Below are positions 16,058 through 27,300 of a stretch of 63,624 nucleotides of DNA, in pieces. A program made the position numbers and the translations under genes. The notes beneath the pieces were generated by a model, which worked only from the letters and a program-made list of their open reading frames with translations, was not told where the DNA came from and did not search any database. The stretch's first letter is position 1, and each line of letters opens with the position of its first letter. Origin of the DNA: a virus (lineage: Duplodnaviria; Caudoviricetes); IMG/VR virus record IMGVR_UViG_3300001589_000008, positions 1-63,624 of that record. One strand, 5' to 3'.

Positions 16058-16912
16058 ATGGCTAACAACCCGTTCGCAAGTTTACAAAAGACTTTTGGTA
16101 GTGCTATTAATATAGTTAATACAGTTAAAAAAACTGTAGATACTGTACAAGCATTTGCAGATAATCCGTTAGGATTTATGAAAGGCATACGTAGTTTAAA
16201 TTTACCTACAGATGCAATGCCAACATTTAAATCACGTACAGGAGCAACAGTTAAGACTCCTAGAGGTGAAAATGACTGGCGTGTTAGATTAAGTATTCCT
16301 CCTATAATGCAAGGAATGCCTAAAGATTTATTGAATCCATTAGTGCGTACAAACAACAGTATGGTGTTTCCGTTTACCCCTAGTATAATATTCTCCCACT
16401 CAGCAAGCTACAATGCATTGCAACCTACACATAGTAATTATCCGTTTTATAACTATCAAAGCTCAGCTGTGGACGCTATTACAATAGCAGGAGATTTTTT
16501 TGTTGAAAATGGTGAAGATGCAAAATATTGGATAGCCGCAGTAACTTATTTGCGTACAGTAACAAAAATGTTCTATGGAAATGGAGCGAATGTTGGTAAT
16601 CCTCCCCCAATTATAAAACTTAACGGATACGGAGAGTTTGTATTCAACGATGTTCCGTGTGTAGTAACTTCGTTTAATATCGACTTACCACAAGATGTAG
16701 ATTATATTAAAGCAACAATGAGTGCCGGAACACAACAATTTGCAGACGACTTTGCATCTGAGCCTAGCGGAGAAAGTGGACCTGCAACATGGGTACCGTC
16801 ACAGAGTTTAATTTCTGTAACAGTACAACCAATTTATAGTAGAGCAACACAATCAGAATTTAATCTAAATGATTTTGTTAGTGGTGACTTAATAACTAGA
16901 GGAATTATCTAA
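16058..16912 (+). CDS. Baseplate/tail-tube initiator-like structural protein (gp48/gp54-like)
   Basis: FPFTPSI...GNPPPIIKLNGYGEFVFNDVPCVVTSF pattern; directly upstream of gp53. Confidence 0.55.
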   Translation: MANNPFASLQKTFGSAINIVNTVKKTVDTVQAFADNPLGFMKGIRSLNLPTDAMPTFKSRTGATVKTPRGENDWRVRLSIPPIMQGMPKDLLNPLVRTNNSMVFPFTPSIIFSHSASYNALQPTHSNYPFYNYQSSAVDAITIAGDFFVENGEDAKYWIAAVTYLRTVTKMFYGNGANVGNPPPIIKLNGYGEFVFNDVPCVVTSFNIDLPQDVDYIKATMSAGTQQFADDFASEPSGESGPATWVPSQSLISVTVQPIYSRATQSEFNLNDFVSGDLITRGII

Positions 16913-17214
16913 TGGCATCATATGGAAACACTAGTCCTTGGAAGAATACTAAAGTTGTAGACCGAAGATATCTAAGTCATTTTGAGATAAGACCGGTTCC
17001 TGCAGAATCTGATGATGTACTTTATACAATTGAAACACAATATACACATAGACCTGATCTATTATCGTATGATTTATATGGAACTCCGAAACTTTGGTGG
17101 GTATTTGCACAAAGAAATATGGACTCTATTAAAGATCCAGTATACGATATCGAAGCCGGATTAGAAATTTACTTACCTAAAGGGCCTGCGTTAAAACAGA
17201 TGCTAGGAATTTAA
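16912..17214 (+). CDS. gp53: Baseplate wedge protein (gp53/LysM-like)
   Basis: HRPDLLSYDLYGTPKLWWVF motif. Confidence 0.85.
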   Translation: MASYGNTSPWKNTKVVDRRYLSHFEIRPVPAESDDVLYTIETQYTHRPDLLSYDLYGTPKLWWVFAQRNMDSIKDPVYDIEAGLEIYLPKGPALKQMLGI

Positions 17215-17217
17215 TTT

Positions 17218-20200
17218 ATGCCACCAAATTTTAATTCATTAAAAAACAATATATCTAAAAAAGTAGATTCTATAAAAGAACTTGTTCCTGATATTGCAGG
17301 ACAAATAGAAGCAGATTATAAAAAATTTACAAACGAGCTCGATGGCTTTGCAAATGGAGCAGTTAGTAGTCTTTTATCAGATCTTGGACTATCAGACGGC
17401 AGTGCTATTTCTAAAGTAACAGACAGAATTACAAGTGCAACTGCTAACAGTAGAACTTATAGTAACAACTTTGATTCAAAACCAGGAAGTATAGGAACTA
17501 AGATTAAACCTGGAGAATTAGTTCCAGGAAAAAGTCCAGGTCCTTGGCCTAATGAACTTGAGGGGTTTGCTAGTATGAATTCTATAATAACTCTTTCGGT
17601 ACTTAGTAAAGATGAAGTTTCTGATCCAGACGGAACTTACAGAACTACTGGAATACGTCCTGAATCAATAATTTGTCGAAGCGGGGGATCGGGCAACAAA
17701 AAAGTTAAAACAACATACGAAAAAGTATTAGGAAAATCTTTAGAGTTTTTTATAGATAATCTTAGTATGAGTTCTCTTGTTACAGCGGCAGATGGCAACA
17801 CTAATGTAAACATCTTAACATGGACTATTACTGAGCCGTATAGTATGGGATTATTCCTCCAGTCTTTAAAATCAGCCTCGCACGAAGGCGGCTGGGCAAA
17901 CTATCTTGAGTGTACTTTTATGATTACTATTGAGTTTATAGGAACAGACGAAGACGGTAATATGGGAGTTGCTCCTTTTAGTAGAAGACACATTCCAATT
18001 ATGATTACAGAGGCAACATTTAATGTTACTGGTGCAGGATCTGAATATGAAGTTAAAGCTCTAGTAAGTAATGAAAGAGGATTTCAAGATAGTGTACAGA
18101 CTATGAAAACTGATATGAATATTACAGGAAGAACTGTAAGAGAAATATTACAATCAGGCGGCCAAAGTCTAACAACAATATTAAACACTAGACAAAAAGA
18201 TAAAGAAGATAAAAACCAAATAAATGTAGGCGATCAATATGTTATTATATTTCCTGAAGATAGAACCAGCGCCTCAGGCAAGCCTCAAACTACTACTAAA
18301 AAAAGAACTCCTATGGCCACATCTCAATACGGCGGTGATTACGGAGAATTTGATACATCAGGACGTATATCTAAACGAGAGCTTACTGAAATATATAGAT
18401 CTATTACCGGTGATGCAGACGGCGAAGTTCCTTTAAACTATGACGAATATGTTAATAGTATTACAGGCAGAGTGTCTGCTTCTTCGGAGGTAGGTAAAGC
18501 ATTTAGAGAATATGCAAATAGTGATTTTGCAACTAATGTAATTGGAATGAGCCCAGTTATTAATAATACTGTTGAAACAGGACAATCTCCAATGGGGCAG
18601 CCAAAATTCTCTCAAGAAATGCAAGACAGTTATCCTATTTTTGCTAGAGGATCGTCACAACTTCAAACTAGCGGCAGTAATAGAATGTTTAAATTTAGTG
18701 CCGGAACAAAGATAGTAGATATTATTGAAGAAGTATTAATAGTAAGCACATACGGCCAGTCACTTGCAAAACAATTACAAGATATTAAAGATCCTACTGG
18801 AATGGTTACTTGGTATAAAGTTGAAGCTGATGTATATCCGGTAGGAGACAACACTGAAGTTGCTAGAACAGGTACTTCAGCAAATATATATGTTTATAGA
18901 GTTATACCATATAAAGTACATTCTAGTATATTTTCTAATCCAGCTACACCGTCAGTTGGACTAGACAAATTAAAGCAAGAAGTATCAAAAGAGTATAACT
19001 ATATCTACACTGGTAAAAATAAAGATATTATAGACTTTGAAATTATATACGATTTTCAGTTTATTAAAACATACAGTGCAGATTCTGGATCAAGTAGTGC
19101 CGCTCAAAGAAAAGGAATGGCAAATCAATCAGTTGCAGGTAATCCAGACATATCAATGAAAACAGGAGACGGACTTTCTTTCTCTGATGACACTGCTTTT
19201 ATTCCACCTGAAGGTTTGCCAAATCAAGTAGAAAGTATTAATGCAATAGCAAAATCTAGAGGCGGTAGTGAGATATCTAATTCAGACATCTCGGTTACTA
19301 GAATGTTTAATGACAGTTTAAACTCGGCTGATGGTTCTGACATGATTAACGTACAAATGAATATATTAGGTGATCCATTTTACCTAAGTGATAACGGACA
19401 TGGAAATTATCATGCAGGTGATACTTCATTTACTGGAATGACAGCAGATGGGACTGCTAATTATAGTAATAGTAACATATACATTAATGTACTTTTTAGG
19501 ACACCAGTTGATATTAATACAGATGCTGGCGATTATATATTTCCAGAAGATTTATTATTAGTAGAATCGTTTAGTGGTATCTTCTCAGTGCAAGAAGTTG
19601 AGCATAAATTTGAAGGAAACAAATTTACACAAGATCTAAAGCTATTAAGAATGCCAAATCAACAAAATACTAATAGTACTGCAAGTACAGCGGCTCTAGT
19701 AAAAGCCGAAGCTGTTGAAAGTTTAAATGAATTGGCACTTAAAGCACAAACACTAGCAAACAATGCAATACAAGAGACAAACTTCCCTAATAACATAATA
19801 GCATATCAAGACGAGTTATCAGAATTACTTCCGGTAATACAAGAACTCGGAACCATTGCTGAACAAGCAATTGGATCGTTAAATAGTGATGCACTAGCTA
19901 CGTTTGGAAGAGTTGGCAAGTTAGCTAAACAATTAGAAGCTTCAATGGGAGATTTTGATCTAGCACAGGTTGGCAATAATTTCCAAAGTATTGTAACTAA
20001 TCTTGAAGGATTTACAGGAGTTAAATTGGACCAAATTTTAACAAGTACACTTCCTGCCTTACCAGACTTGTCAGCCTTAGGTTCAAGTGTAGGATCAATA
20101 AGTGCCGCGGCACAAAATTCTTTTGCAATAGGAACAGAAGAAATAGATGCATTGAACAGTAATTTAAAAAACAAAATTGGAGGTGCAACATCTGCATTAT

Positions 20201-20295
20201 CAAATCTTCCAGCAGTAAATCTTCCAAAAGTAGATCTTGGAGGGGCTAGAATTATTAAGAATAAGATAACCGGGTCGTGGGAGCAATTTAACTAA
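17218..20295 (+). CDS. Baseplate hub/tail protein (gp27/gpD-like)
   Basis: Lies between gp53 and gp5; ILGDP...FSGIFSVQEVEHKFEGNKFTQDLKL is the typical hub C-terminal motif. Confidence 0.6.
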   Translation: MPPNFNSLKNNISKKVDSIKELVPDIAGQIEADYKKFTNELDGFANGAVSSLLSDLGLSDGSAISKVTDRITSATANSRTYSNNFDSKPGSIGTKIKPGELVPGKSPGPWPNELEGFASMNSIITLSVLSKDEVSDPDGTYRTTGIRPESIICRSGGSGNKKVKTTYEKVLGKSLEFFIDNLSMSSLVTAADGNTNVNILTWTITEPYSMGLFLQSLKSASHEGGWANYLECTFMITIEFIGTDEDGNMGVAPFSRRHIPIMITEATFNVTGAGSEYEVKALVSNERGFQDSVQTMKTDMNITGRTVREILQSGGQSLTTILNTRQKDKEDKNQINVGDQYVIIFPEDRTSASGKPQTTTKKRTPMATSQYGGDYGEFDTSGRISKRELTEIYRSITGDADGEVPLNYDEYVNSITGRVSASSEVGKAFREYANSDFATNVIGMSPVINNTVETGQSPMGQPKFSQEMQDSYPIFARGSSQLQTSGSNRMFKFSAGTKIVDIIEEVLIVSTYGQSLAKQLQDIKDPTGMVTWYKVEADVYPVGDNTEVARTGTSANIYVYRVIPYKVHSSIFSNPATPSVGLDKLKQEVSKEYNYIYTGKNKDIIDFEIIYDFQFIKTYSADSGSSSAAQRKGMANQSVAGNPDISMKTGDGLSFSDDTAFIPPEGLPNQVESINAIAKSRGGSEISNSDISVTRMFNDSLNSADGSDMINVQMNILGDPFYLSDNGHGNYHAGDTSFTGMTADGTANYSNSNIYINVLFRTPVDINTDAGDYIFPEDLLLVESFSGIFSVQEVEHKFEGNKFTQDLKLLRMPNQQNTNSTASTAALVKAEAVESLNELALKAQTLANNAIQETNFPNNIIAYQDELSELLPVIQELGTIAEQAIGSLNSDALATFGRVGKLAKQLEASMGDFDLAQVGNNFQSIVTNLEGFTGVKLDQILTSTLPALPDLSALGSSVGSISAAAQNSFAIGTEEIDALNSNLKNKIGGATSALSNLPAVNLPKVDLGGARIIKNKITGSWEQFN

Positions 20296-23039
20296 TGGTT
20301 GCTAAGAGAGCTAAAAATTATATTAACAAAAGTTCTACTGGACCGTTTGAGGCTATTGTAGTTAATCACCTTGATCCTCATTACATGGGAACTTTACAAG
20401 TTGAATTATTAAAACAAACAGCTTCAGGTAACCAGCCTGAGCGTACAGGACAAATGGTTGAAGCAAGATATCTAAGTCCATTTTACGGAGTAACGCCATT
20501 AGGTGCAAATTCAAACAATGAAGGATATAAAAATTCTCAAAAGTCATACGGGTTTTGGGGAGTTCCTCCGGATGTTGGAACTACTGTATTAGTAATACTT
20601 GTAGAAGAAAACTTATCTAAAGCATTTTGGATAGGGTGTATACAAGAAGAAAATATGAACTTTATGCTTCCTGGATATGCTGGTACAGATAATCTATCAG
20701 ATTTTGGTAGTAGAGCTCCTGCTACTGAATATAATAAAAGATTAAATTCTGTAAAACTTAAAGATGCTACAAAGTATAGAAAACCAGTACACGGAGATTT
20801 AGCAAGAGGATTAATACAGCAAGGATTACTTAAAGATGATATTAGAGGAATAACAACTTCAAGTGCAAGAAGAGAAGTTCCTAGTGCAGTATTTGGTATT
20901 AGTACAGGTGGCCCTCTTGACAAGAGACAAAATGCACCTAAAGATGGATTAGGTCCGTTTGGCGCTAAAGCTAGTATGCATACTCATAGACTAGGTGGCT
21001 CGTCTTTTGTTATGGATGACGGAGATGACAAGTTTTTAAGAAAAGGCAAAGCTGAAGATTCGCCAATGGAGTATGCAAGTCTTGAGGCAGCTGAAACAGG
21101 AGGAGATCCTACATTACCTGCTAACGAATTATTAAGACTAAGAACTCGTACAGGCCACCAATTATTAATGCATAATACAGAAGATTTAATTTATATAGGA
21201 AATGCAAAAGGTACTGCCTGGATTGAGCTTACATCAAACGGTAAAATTGATATTTACGCCGCAGATAGTATTAGTGTACATACACAAAATGATTTAAATT
21301 TTACAGCAGATAGGGATATCAATTTTGTTGCTGGTAAAAATATGAATATGGTTGTAGGTAAAGATATTAAAGCTACAACAGGATCTAACATGAACTTTGT
21401 AGCAGGATCAAATGCATTATGGAATGTAGGTGATGCTTATGAAGTAGCGGCTGGTGAGAATATTGCCCAACATGCTGAAGGAAATGCAACTTATTCTTCT
21501 ACAGAAAATTCAAATTTCCTATCAGCTTCTAACATATTCATTGGATCAGCAGGAGCAGATGTGAATATAGATGCGTTTAAAAACTTTAATTTAAATGCAG
21601 ATAAAGAAGGACATATACATTTAGGTACAGATTTACACGTTGAAACTAAGGGCGAAATAGATATAAAGTCTAAGGGTGAAATGGCAGTAGAAAGTACTGC
21701 TAGTATGAGGATTCATAGTAAAAATACATTAGATATATTAGGGGCTGAAGCAACAAAATTTTCGTCAACTACAAGTATTGATATGAATGGTGGAACTGCA
21801 ATTAAAGTAACAGCAGGACAAATAGATTTAAATTCAGATGGTGCTATTGCTTCGCTGGCGGCGGCGGCTGAAGCAGAAGTAGCAGTAGTTCCTATTGCAC
21901 CAACACCAACTACTCCTGAACCTCCTGCATTAGCAGATCAAGCGGCTCGTGTGCCACAACATGAACCTTGGTACGAACATGAACATTTAAATCCAGTACT
22001 ATATACACCAGAAAAAACTATAGCTAATACACACCAAGAGCAAACATATGTTCCACGTATTTCCGATACTTTTGCAAAACAAATTGGAGTGCCTGTTTTT
22101 GGAAAGCCAACTCCAAAAATTGTACCAAAAACTAATGATGCTGGCGATGTTGGAGTTAGTACAAGCGGAACATATTATACTCCGGGTACTGCAAAGAACG
22201 AATACGGTGCTAAGTATGGAGAATTTGACACAGTTGATAGAAGAAAAACAGGAACTAGAAATTCAACAGGCGCACCTATTACAGGTGATAAGCGTGAAAG
22301 AGGTAGAATATTAGCGTCACGTATGCGAGCCGCAGGATTTACAGACGACGAAACATTACTATCAATTATTGCAGTATGTAATACTGAAAGTAATTTACTT
22401 CCAGCAGAAGAAGCAAGTTATGGTAATAATACTAATAGCTATATTAGAAGTATATTTAAAACAGCAACTAGAGGGGTTAGTGAGGGTGCTTTAACTTCAG
22501 CAAAATCTACAAAAACTTCTTTCTTTGAATTAGTATACGGTAATAATAATAAAAAAGGTCTAGAGTTAGGTAACCAATTTGATGGTGATGGCGGAAACTA
22601 TATTGGTAGGGGAATTATACAGCTAACTGGTAGAGATAATTATGAAAGATTTGGTAAAAAAGCAGGACTTATAGACGAAGCATTAAAAGACGGTCCTCCA
22701 GGATCCGGTATAGGTGCAGAAACAAACAAAAATCCTTTCGGTGTTACAATTTTAGATAATCCAGATACATTAAAAAGTGACTATGTAACTAGTTGTGATA
22801 TTGCCGCACAATTTCTTTTGGAAAGATATAAACCTAATAGAGGTAAAGGTATACTAGGTGATTTAAGATTAGCTATTAATCCAGGAGGGTATGACCATGC
22901 ATATCCTAAAGATTTAGCATTTCGTAGACAACTTGATAACTCCTGGTTAGAAGAGCCTCAAGCTGAACAAACTGCTAATATTAATAAAAATGTTCAAGAT
23001 GCAGGCGGTACCCAAGAACGACAAAAAGGACCATTTTAA
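20295..23039 (+). CDS. gp5: Baseplate central spike gp5/VgrG-like protein with C-terminal GH19 lysozyme/chitinase-like domain
   Basis: OB-fold region (PPDVGTTVLV), beta-helix repeats, then LGNQFDGDGGNYIGRGIIQLTGRDNY (GH19). Confidence 0.85.
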   Translation: MVAKRAKNYINKSSTGPFEAIVVNHLDPHYMGTLQVELLKQTASGNQPERTGQMVEARYLSPFYGVTPLGANSNNEGYKNSQKSYGFWGVPPDVGTTVLVILVEENLSKAFWIGCIQEENMNFMLPGYAGTDNLSDFGSRAPATEYNKRLNSVKLKDATKYRKPVHGDLARGLIQQGLLKDDIRGITTSSARREVPSAVFGISTGGPLDKRQNAPKDGLGPFGAKASMHTHRLGGSSFVMDDGDDKFLRKGKAEDSPMEYASLEAAETGGDPTLPANELLRLRTRTGHQLLMHNTEDLIYIGNAKGTAWIELTSNGKIDIYAADSISVHTQNDLNFTADRDINFVAGKNMNMVVGKDIKATTGSNMNFVAGSNALWNVGDAYEVAAGENIAQHAEGNATYSSTENSNFLSASNIFIGSAGADVNIDAFKNFNLNADKEGHIHLGTDLHVETKGEIDIKSKGEMAVESTASMRIHSKNTLDILGAEATKFSSTTSIDMNGGTAIKVTAGQIDLNSDGAIASLAAAAEAEVAVVPIAPTPTTPEPPALADQAARVPQHEPWYEHEHLNPVLYTPEKTIANTHQEQTYVPRISDTFAKQIGVPVFGKPTPKIVPKTNDAGDVGVSTSGTYYTPGTAKNEYGAKYGEFDTVDRRKTGTRNSTGAPITGDKRERGRILASRMRAAGFTDDETLLSIIAVCNTESNLLPAEEASYGNNTNSYIRSIFKTATRGVSEGALTSAKSTKTSFFELVYGNNNKKGLELGNQFDGDGGNYIGRGIIQLTGRDNYERFGKKAGLIDEALKDGPPGSGIGAETNKNPFGVTILDNPDTLKSDYVTSCDIAAQFLLERYKPNRGKGILGDLRLAINPGGYDHAYPKDLAFRRQLDNSWLEEPQAEQTANINKNVQDAGGTQERQKGPF

Positions 23040-23806
23040 TGTGTAATGTTTTTATACCAGAAGTAAAGGTAGTAAGGCCAAGAGCAATATCTGATCTTAC
23101 ATATCAAGCTACAGATCTAGAAACAGGTAGATTTAATTATACAGGAGCAGAAGCAAATTTAGAAGGCGATTATCCTCAATCTATAGGAGGTGTAAATTCA
23201 AATAAAGGATCTCCTATAGCTTATGCAGATGTTGGACCAGTTCCTTCAGGTCCTGGATATGCTAAACTTAAAGCAATATTAGAAAATTCTATTATTGGAG
23301 ATTGGAAGGAAAGAGGCAATCCAGGAAATCCCAATATTTTAGCAACTTATGAAGTATGCGGATTATCATATCAAAGCGATGGAAGTTCTATGGCAAATGC
23401 TTGGTGTGCGGCATTTGTAAGTTGGGCATTAAAAACTTCCGGCATTGAGAGCTTGCGTTCAATGGGTAGCCAAACATATAGAACATATGGATCTGAAGTT
23501 GATTGGAGAACGCTTGACAAAATTCGTTATTTAGATATAGTAGTTTTTAAATCAAGAAAGCGTTCAGGCGGACATATTGGGTTTGTAGTAGGTGCAGATC
23601 CTAAAACAAATAAACTTAAGGTACTTGGCGGAAATCAAGGAAACGATGTTAAGGTATCAACATATAGTGTTTCAAATACAAGCCAATATGTTGTAAATGT
23701 TAAAAGAAACTGGGATATACCGACAGAATTTGATAAACCGTTATTTGGCGCAAACAAACTTGCTGTTAATGCAACCTCAACAGGTACAGAAAGTACAACA
23801 ACCTAA
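23039..23806 (+). CDS. NlpC/P60/CHAP-like peptidoglycan hydrolase (TIGR02594-type)
   Basis: AWCAAFVSWAL...DIVVF...GHIGFV...LGGNQ. Confidence 0.85.
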   Translation: MCNVFIPEVKVVRPRAISDLTYQATDLETGRFNYTGAEANLEGDYPQSIGGVNSNKGSPIAYADVGPVPSGPGYAKLKAILENSIIGDWKERGNPGNPNILATYEVCGLSYQSDGSSMANAWCAAFVSWALKTSGIESLRSMGSQTYRTYGSEVDWRTLDKIRYLDIVVFKSRKRSGGHIGFVVGADPKTNKLKVLGGNQGNDVKVSTYSVSNTSQYVVNVKRNWDIPTEFDKPLFGANKLAVNATSTGTESTTT

Positions 23807-23811
23807 GTAGG

Positions 23812-23817
23812 TAAATA
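23812..23817 (+). promoter_or_regulatory. Late promoter core TAAATA 4 nt before the gp25 ATG
   Basis: GTAAATACGTTATG with no SD in between. Confidence 0.6.
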
Positions 23818-23821
23818 CGTT

Positions 23822-24271
23822 ATGAGCACATTAGAAAAAGATATTTTTGAAAGAATAAAGGTTACAGGATCAAAGTCACCTAATTTATCAACTTCAACAT
23901 CTAAAGCATATAGAGGTCTAAGTTCAGTAAACCCTGAAAATAGTTCAACTACATTATATGATCTTGCATTAATTAAACAGGACTTAATTAATTACTTTCA
24001 TATTAGGCAAGGTGAAAAATTAGAGAATCCTGAATTTGGAACAATTATTTGGGAAGTACTTTTTGAACCGATGACAGATCAATTAAGAAGTGCAGTAGCA
24101 AAAAATGTTACTGAAATTGTAAACTATGATCCACGTACACAAGTGAACCAAGTTACAGTTGACTCTTTTGAAACTGGAATTCAAATAGAAATTGATCTTA
24201 CATATCTTCCTTATAATATATCAGAATCTATGCGTTTAACATTTGATGAAGCTAATGGTTTGATATCGTAA
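23822..24271 (+). CDS. gp25: Baseplate wedge subunit gp25
   Basis: IKQDLINYFHIRQGEKLENPEFGTIIWEVLFEP...YDPR. Confidence 0.92.
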   Translation: MSTLEKDIFERIKVTGSKSPNLSTSTSKAYRGLSSVNPENSSTTLYDLALIKQDLINYFHIRQGEKLENPEFGTIIWEVLFEPMTDQLRSAVAKNVTEIVNYDPRTQVNQVTVDSFETGIQIEIDLTYLPYNISESMRLTFDEANGLIS

Positions 24272-24297
24272 TAAACTACGCAGTTATCCTAAACCAA

Positions 24298-24303
24298 TAA
24301 ATA
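24298..24303 (+). promoter_or_regulatory. Late promoter core TAAATA upstream of gp6
   Basis: Intergenic ATAAATAC followed by SD AAGG. Confidence 0.65.
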
Positions 24304-24327
24304 CATACGAGTGAAGGAAGGTAATAT

Positions 24328-27300
24328 ATGTCAACAACAGATAGACAAAATAGGTTATTAGTAGCAGAAGATTGGAAGCGAGTTTATCAAAGTTTTCGTA
24401 ATGCTGATTTTCAAAGTTACGACTTTGATAACCTAAGACGAACAATGATATCATATCTTAGGACTAATTATCCTGAAGATTTTAATGATTATATTGAATC
24501 TAGTGAATACCTTTCTTTAATTGATTTAATTGCGTTTTTAGGACAAAATATTTCCTTCCGTATTGACTTAAATGCAAGAGAAAACTTTTTAGAATTAGCA
24601 GAGCGTAGAGAATCAGTTCTCCGTTTGGCACGGTTACTTTCTTACAATCCAAAGCGAAATCAAGCCGCACAAGGTTTACTTAAAGTTACTAGTATATCTA
24701 CATCAGAGGAAGTTGTAGATAGTAATAATTTTAATTTAGCTAATCAAGAAATACAATGGAATGATCCTACTAATACTGATTGGTACGAACAGTTTATTAA
24801 AATAATGAATTCAGCACTACCTGTTAATGGAACATTTGGAAGACCTTTAAAAAAAGAAACAGTCGACGGAGTACCACATCAGCAGTATAGATTTAATGCA
24901 GTTAACACAGATATTCCAAAGTATGGATTTAATAAAACAGTACAAGGATCTAGTTTAGATTTCGAAGTTGTTTCTACAGATATAAATGCAGATTTAAAAA
25001 GTGTTGAAGAAGAAATTCCGTTAACTGCAAATAGTTTTGCATATCTATTCAAAGATGATGGCAAAGGACCGTCAAGTAGTAATACAGGATTCTTTTGTAT
25101 GTTCAAACAAGGATCACTTGACAGTGGTCAATTTGTTGTTAATAATCCAACAACAAATCAAATAATAGATATTGATGCAACTAATATTAATAATGATGAT
25201 GTATGGTTATATAAATTAGATTCAACAGGACAAGAGTCAGAGTATTGGACTAAAGTTGAAGCTGTTGAAGGAAACAATGTTATCTATAATAGTATTAGTA
25301 AAAAAATTAGAACAATTTATAGTGTGCTTACTAGAGTAAGCGATAGAGTAAGTTTAGTATTTTCCGATGGAACATTTGGAGAACTACCAAAAGGTGTATT
25401 TAAGGTTTTTTATAGAACTAGTAATAACCAAAGATATGTAATTAAGCCACAAGACCTGACAGGAATACAGGTAAGGGTACCTTATTTAAGTAGAGCAAAT
25501 GTTATTGAAACTCTTACACTTAACTTAGAATTAAAATATACAATAGCTAATAGTAGTACAAGTGAATCAAACGAAAGTATTAAACGTAACGCCCCTTCAA
25601 CTTATTATACACAAAATAGAATGATAACAGGTGAAGATTATAATGTTGCTCCGTTAGGAGTAAGTCAAGATATTATTAAAGTAAAAGCGGTTAATAGATT
25701 TGCAAGTGGAATTAGTAGATATTACGATTTATTAGATGCTACTGGAAAGTACAGCAGTACTAATTTGTTTGCTAATGACGGAATTGTATATAAAGAAGAA
25801 TTAGTTAAAAAAGATAGTTTTTCATATACTACCCAAACAGATATTGAAAGTGCTATTACAAATAAAGTAGAACCAATTTTAAAAGATAGAAGAGTTTTAA
25901 ATTATTACCTTACTAATTTTACAAAAATTATTACATCAGATTTAAAAGCAGAATGGGTACAAGTTACTACAGACACTAATAGAGGAACGGGATATTTTAT
26001 AGACGAAACTGATGCAAAATATAAAGTTGGTTCTTTTACAGCTAACAATCTTAGATTAATTGAAGCAGGCTCATTACTTAAATTTGAAGCACCTACAGGG
26101 TTTCATTTTATGGTTGGAGATAAAACTACACTAATGGCAGGGTCACCTAATCATCCAGGATCTTTATCTTACAAATGGGTAAAAGTAACTAGCGTAAACG
26201 GTGACGGTACTACAAATACTACCACTGGGTTAGGACCTATCGTACTAAACGATAGCATTCCTTCAAATGCATTACTCACTGAAGTTAGACCTAAACTTAG
26301 TACAAAAATACTTGATTCTGTTAAGACACAAATTATTGACCAAGCATTTGCAAATAACACGTTTGGACTACGATACGATGTATCTACTAGACAGTGGAGA
26401 ATTATTACAGAAGTAAATCTTAATACTACTAATGCATTTAGCACAGGTAAAACTGGAGATGTTAGTAGCCAAAATCTAGATGCAAGTTGGCTACTATGGT
26501 TTAAGACTGATGGTGAAAAATATGATATTACATATCGTGCATTGCGTTACGTTTTTGAAAGCGATACTGAGATTAAATTTTATTATGATAGTAGTGATAA
26601 GATTTATGATAATAAAACAGGAAAAATTATTAAAGATAAAATTGAAGTTCTAAGTATTAATACTCAGCCGGGGTCAACTACACCGTTTACAACAGATTAT
26701 AATTGGGAAATTACAAAAGAGTATAGAGATGTGGATGGCTATGTTGATACTAAAAAAATAGAGGTTGGATTTTTTGACGAAGATGATGACGGAGTAGTAG
26801 ATAATCCAAACTCGTTTATTGATATTGTAGCAGAAACAGTTGCACCAACTACAAAATATATTTTTCAAAAACTATATACTACAACCGACGGAGTAGAAGA
26901 TTTTAAATATGTAACAACTAGTGTTGAAAATATTACTGTTTTAACATCTGAATCAGCAATGGGGGCATATAGTTCTTATGATGCTAATGAAGTATTTTAT
27001 TACATTGATACAGGGTTATTTAAGCAGTTATCAGCAAATAAACTTATACTAACACAAATATCAACTTATAAAGCATTCTTAGGAAGACCAAATTTAAAAT
27101 TTAGATATGTGCATGCCGCAGATAATAATAAAAGGATTGATCCTAGTAGCACAAATTTAATAGACACTTACTTACTAACTAGATTGTATGATATTACTTA
27201 TAGACAGTGGCTTAATGGAGATGTTACTACACAGCCGCTACCACCTAGTAGTGACCAGCTATACAGAAGTTACGGTGTTGAACTAGATAAGATTAAGTCT

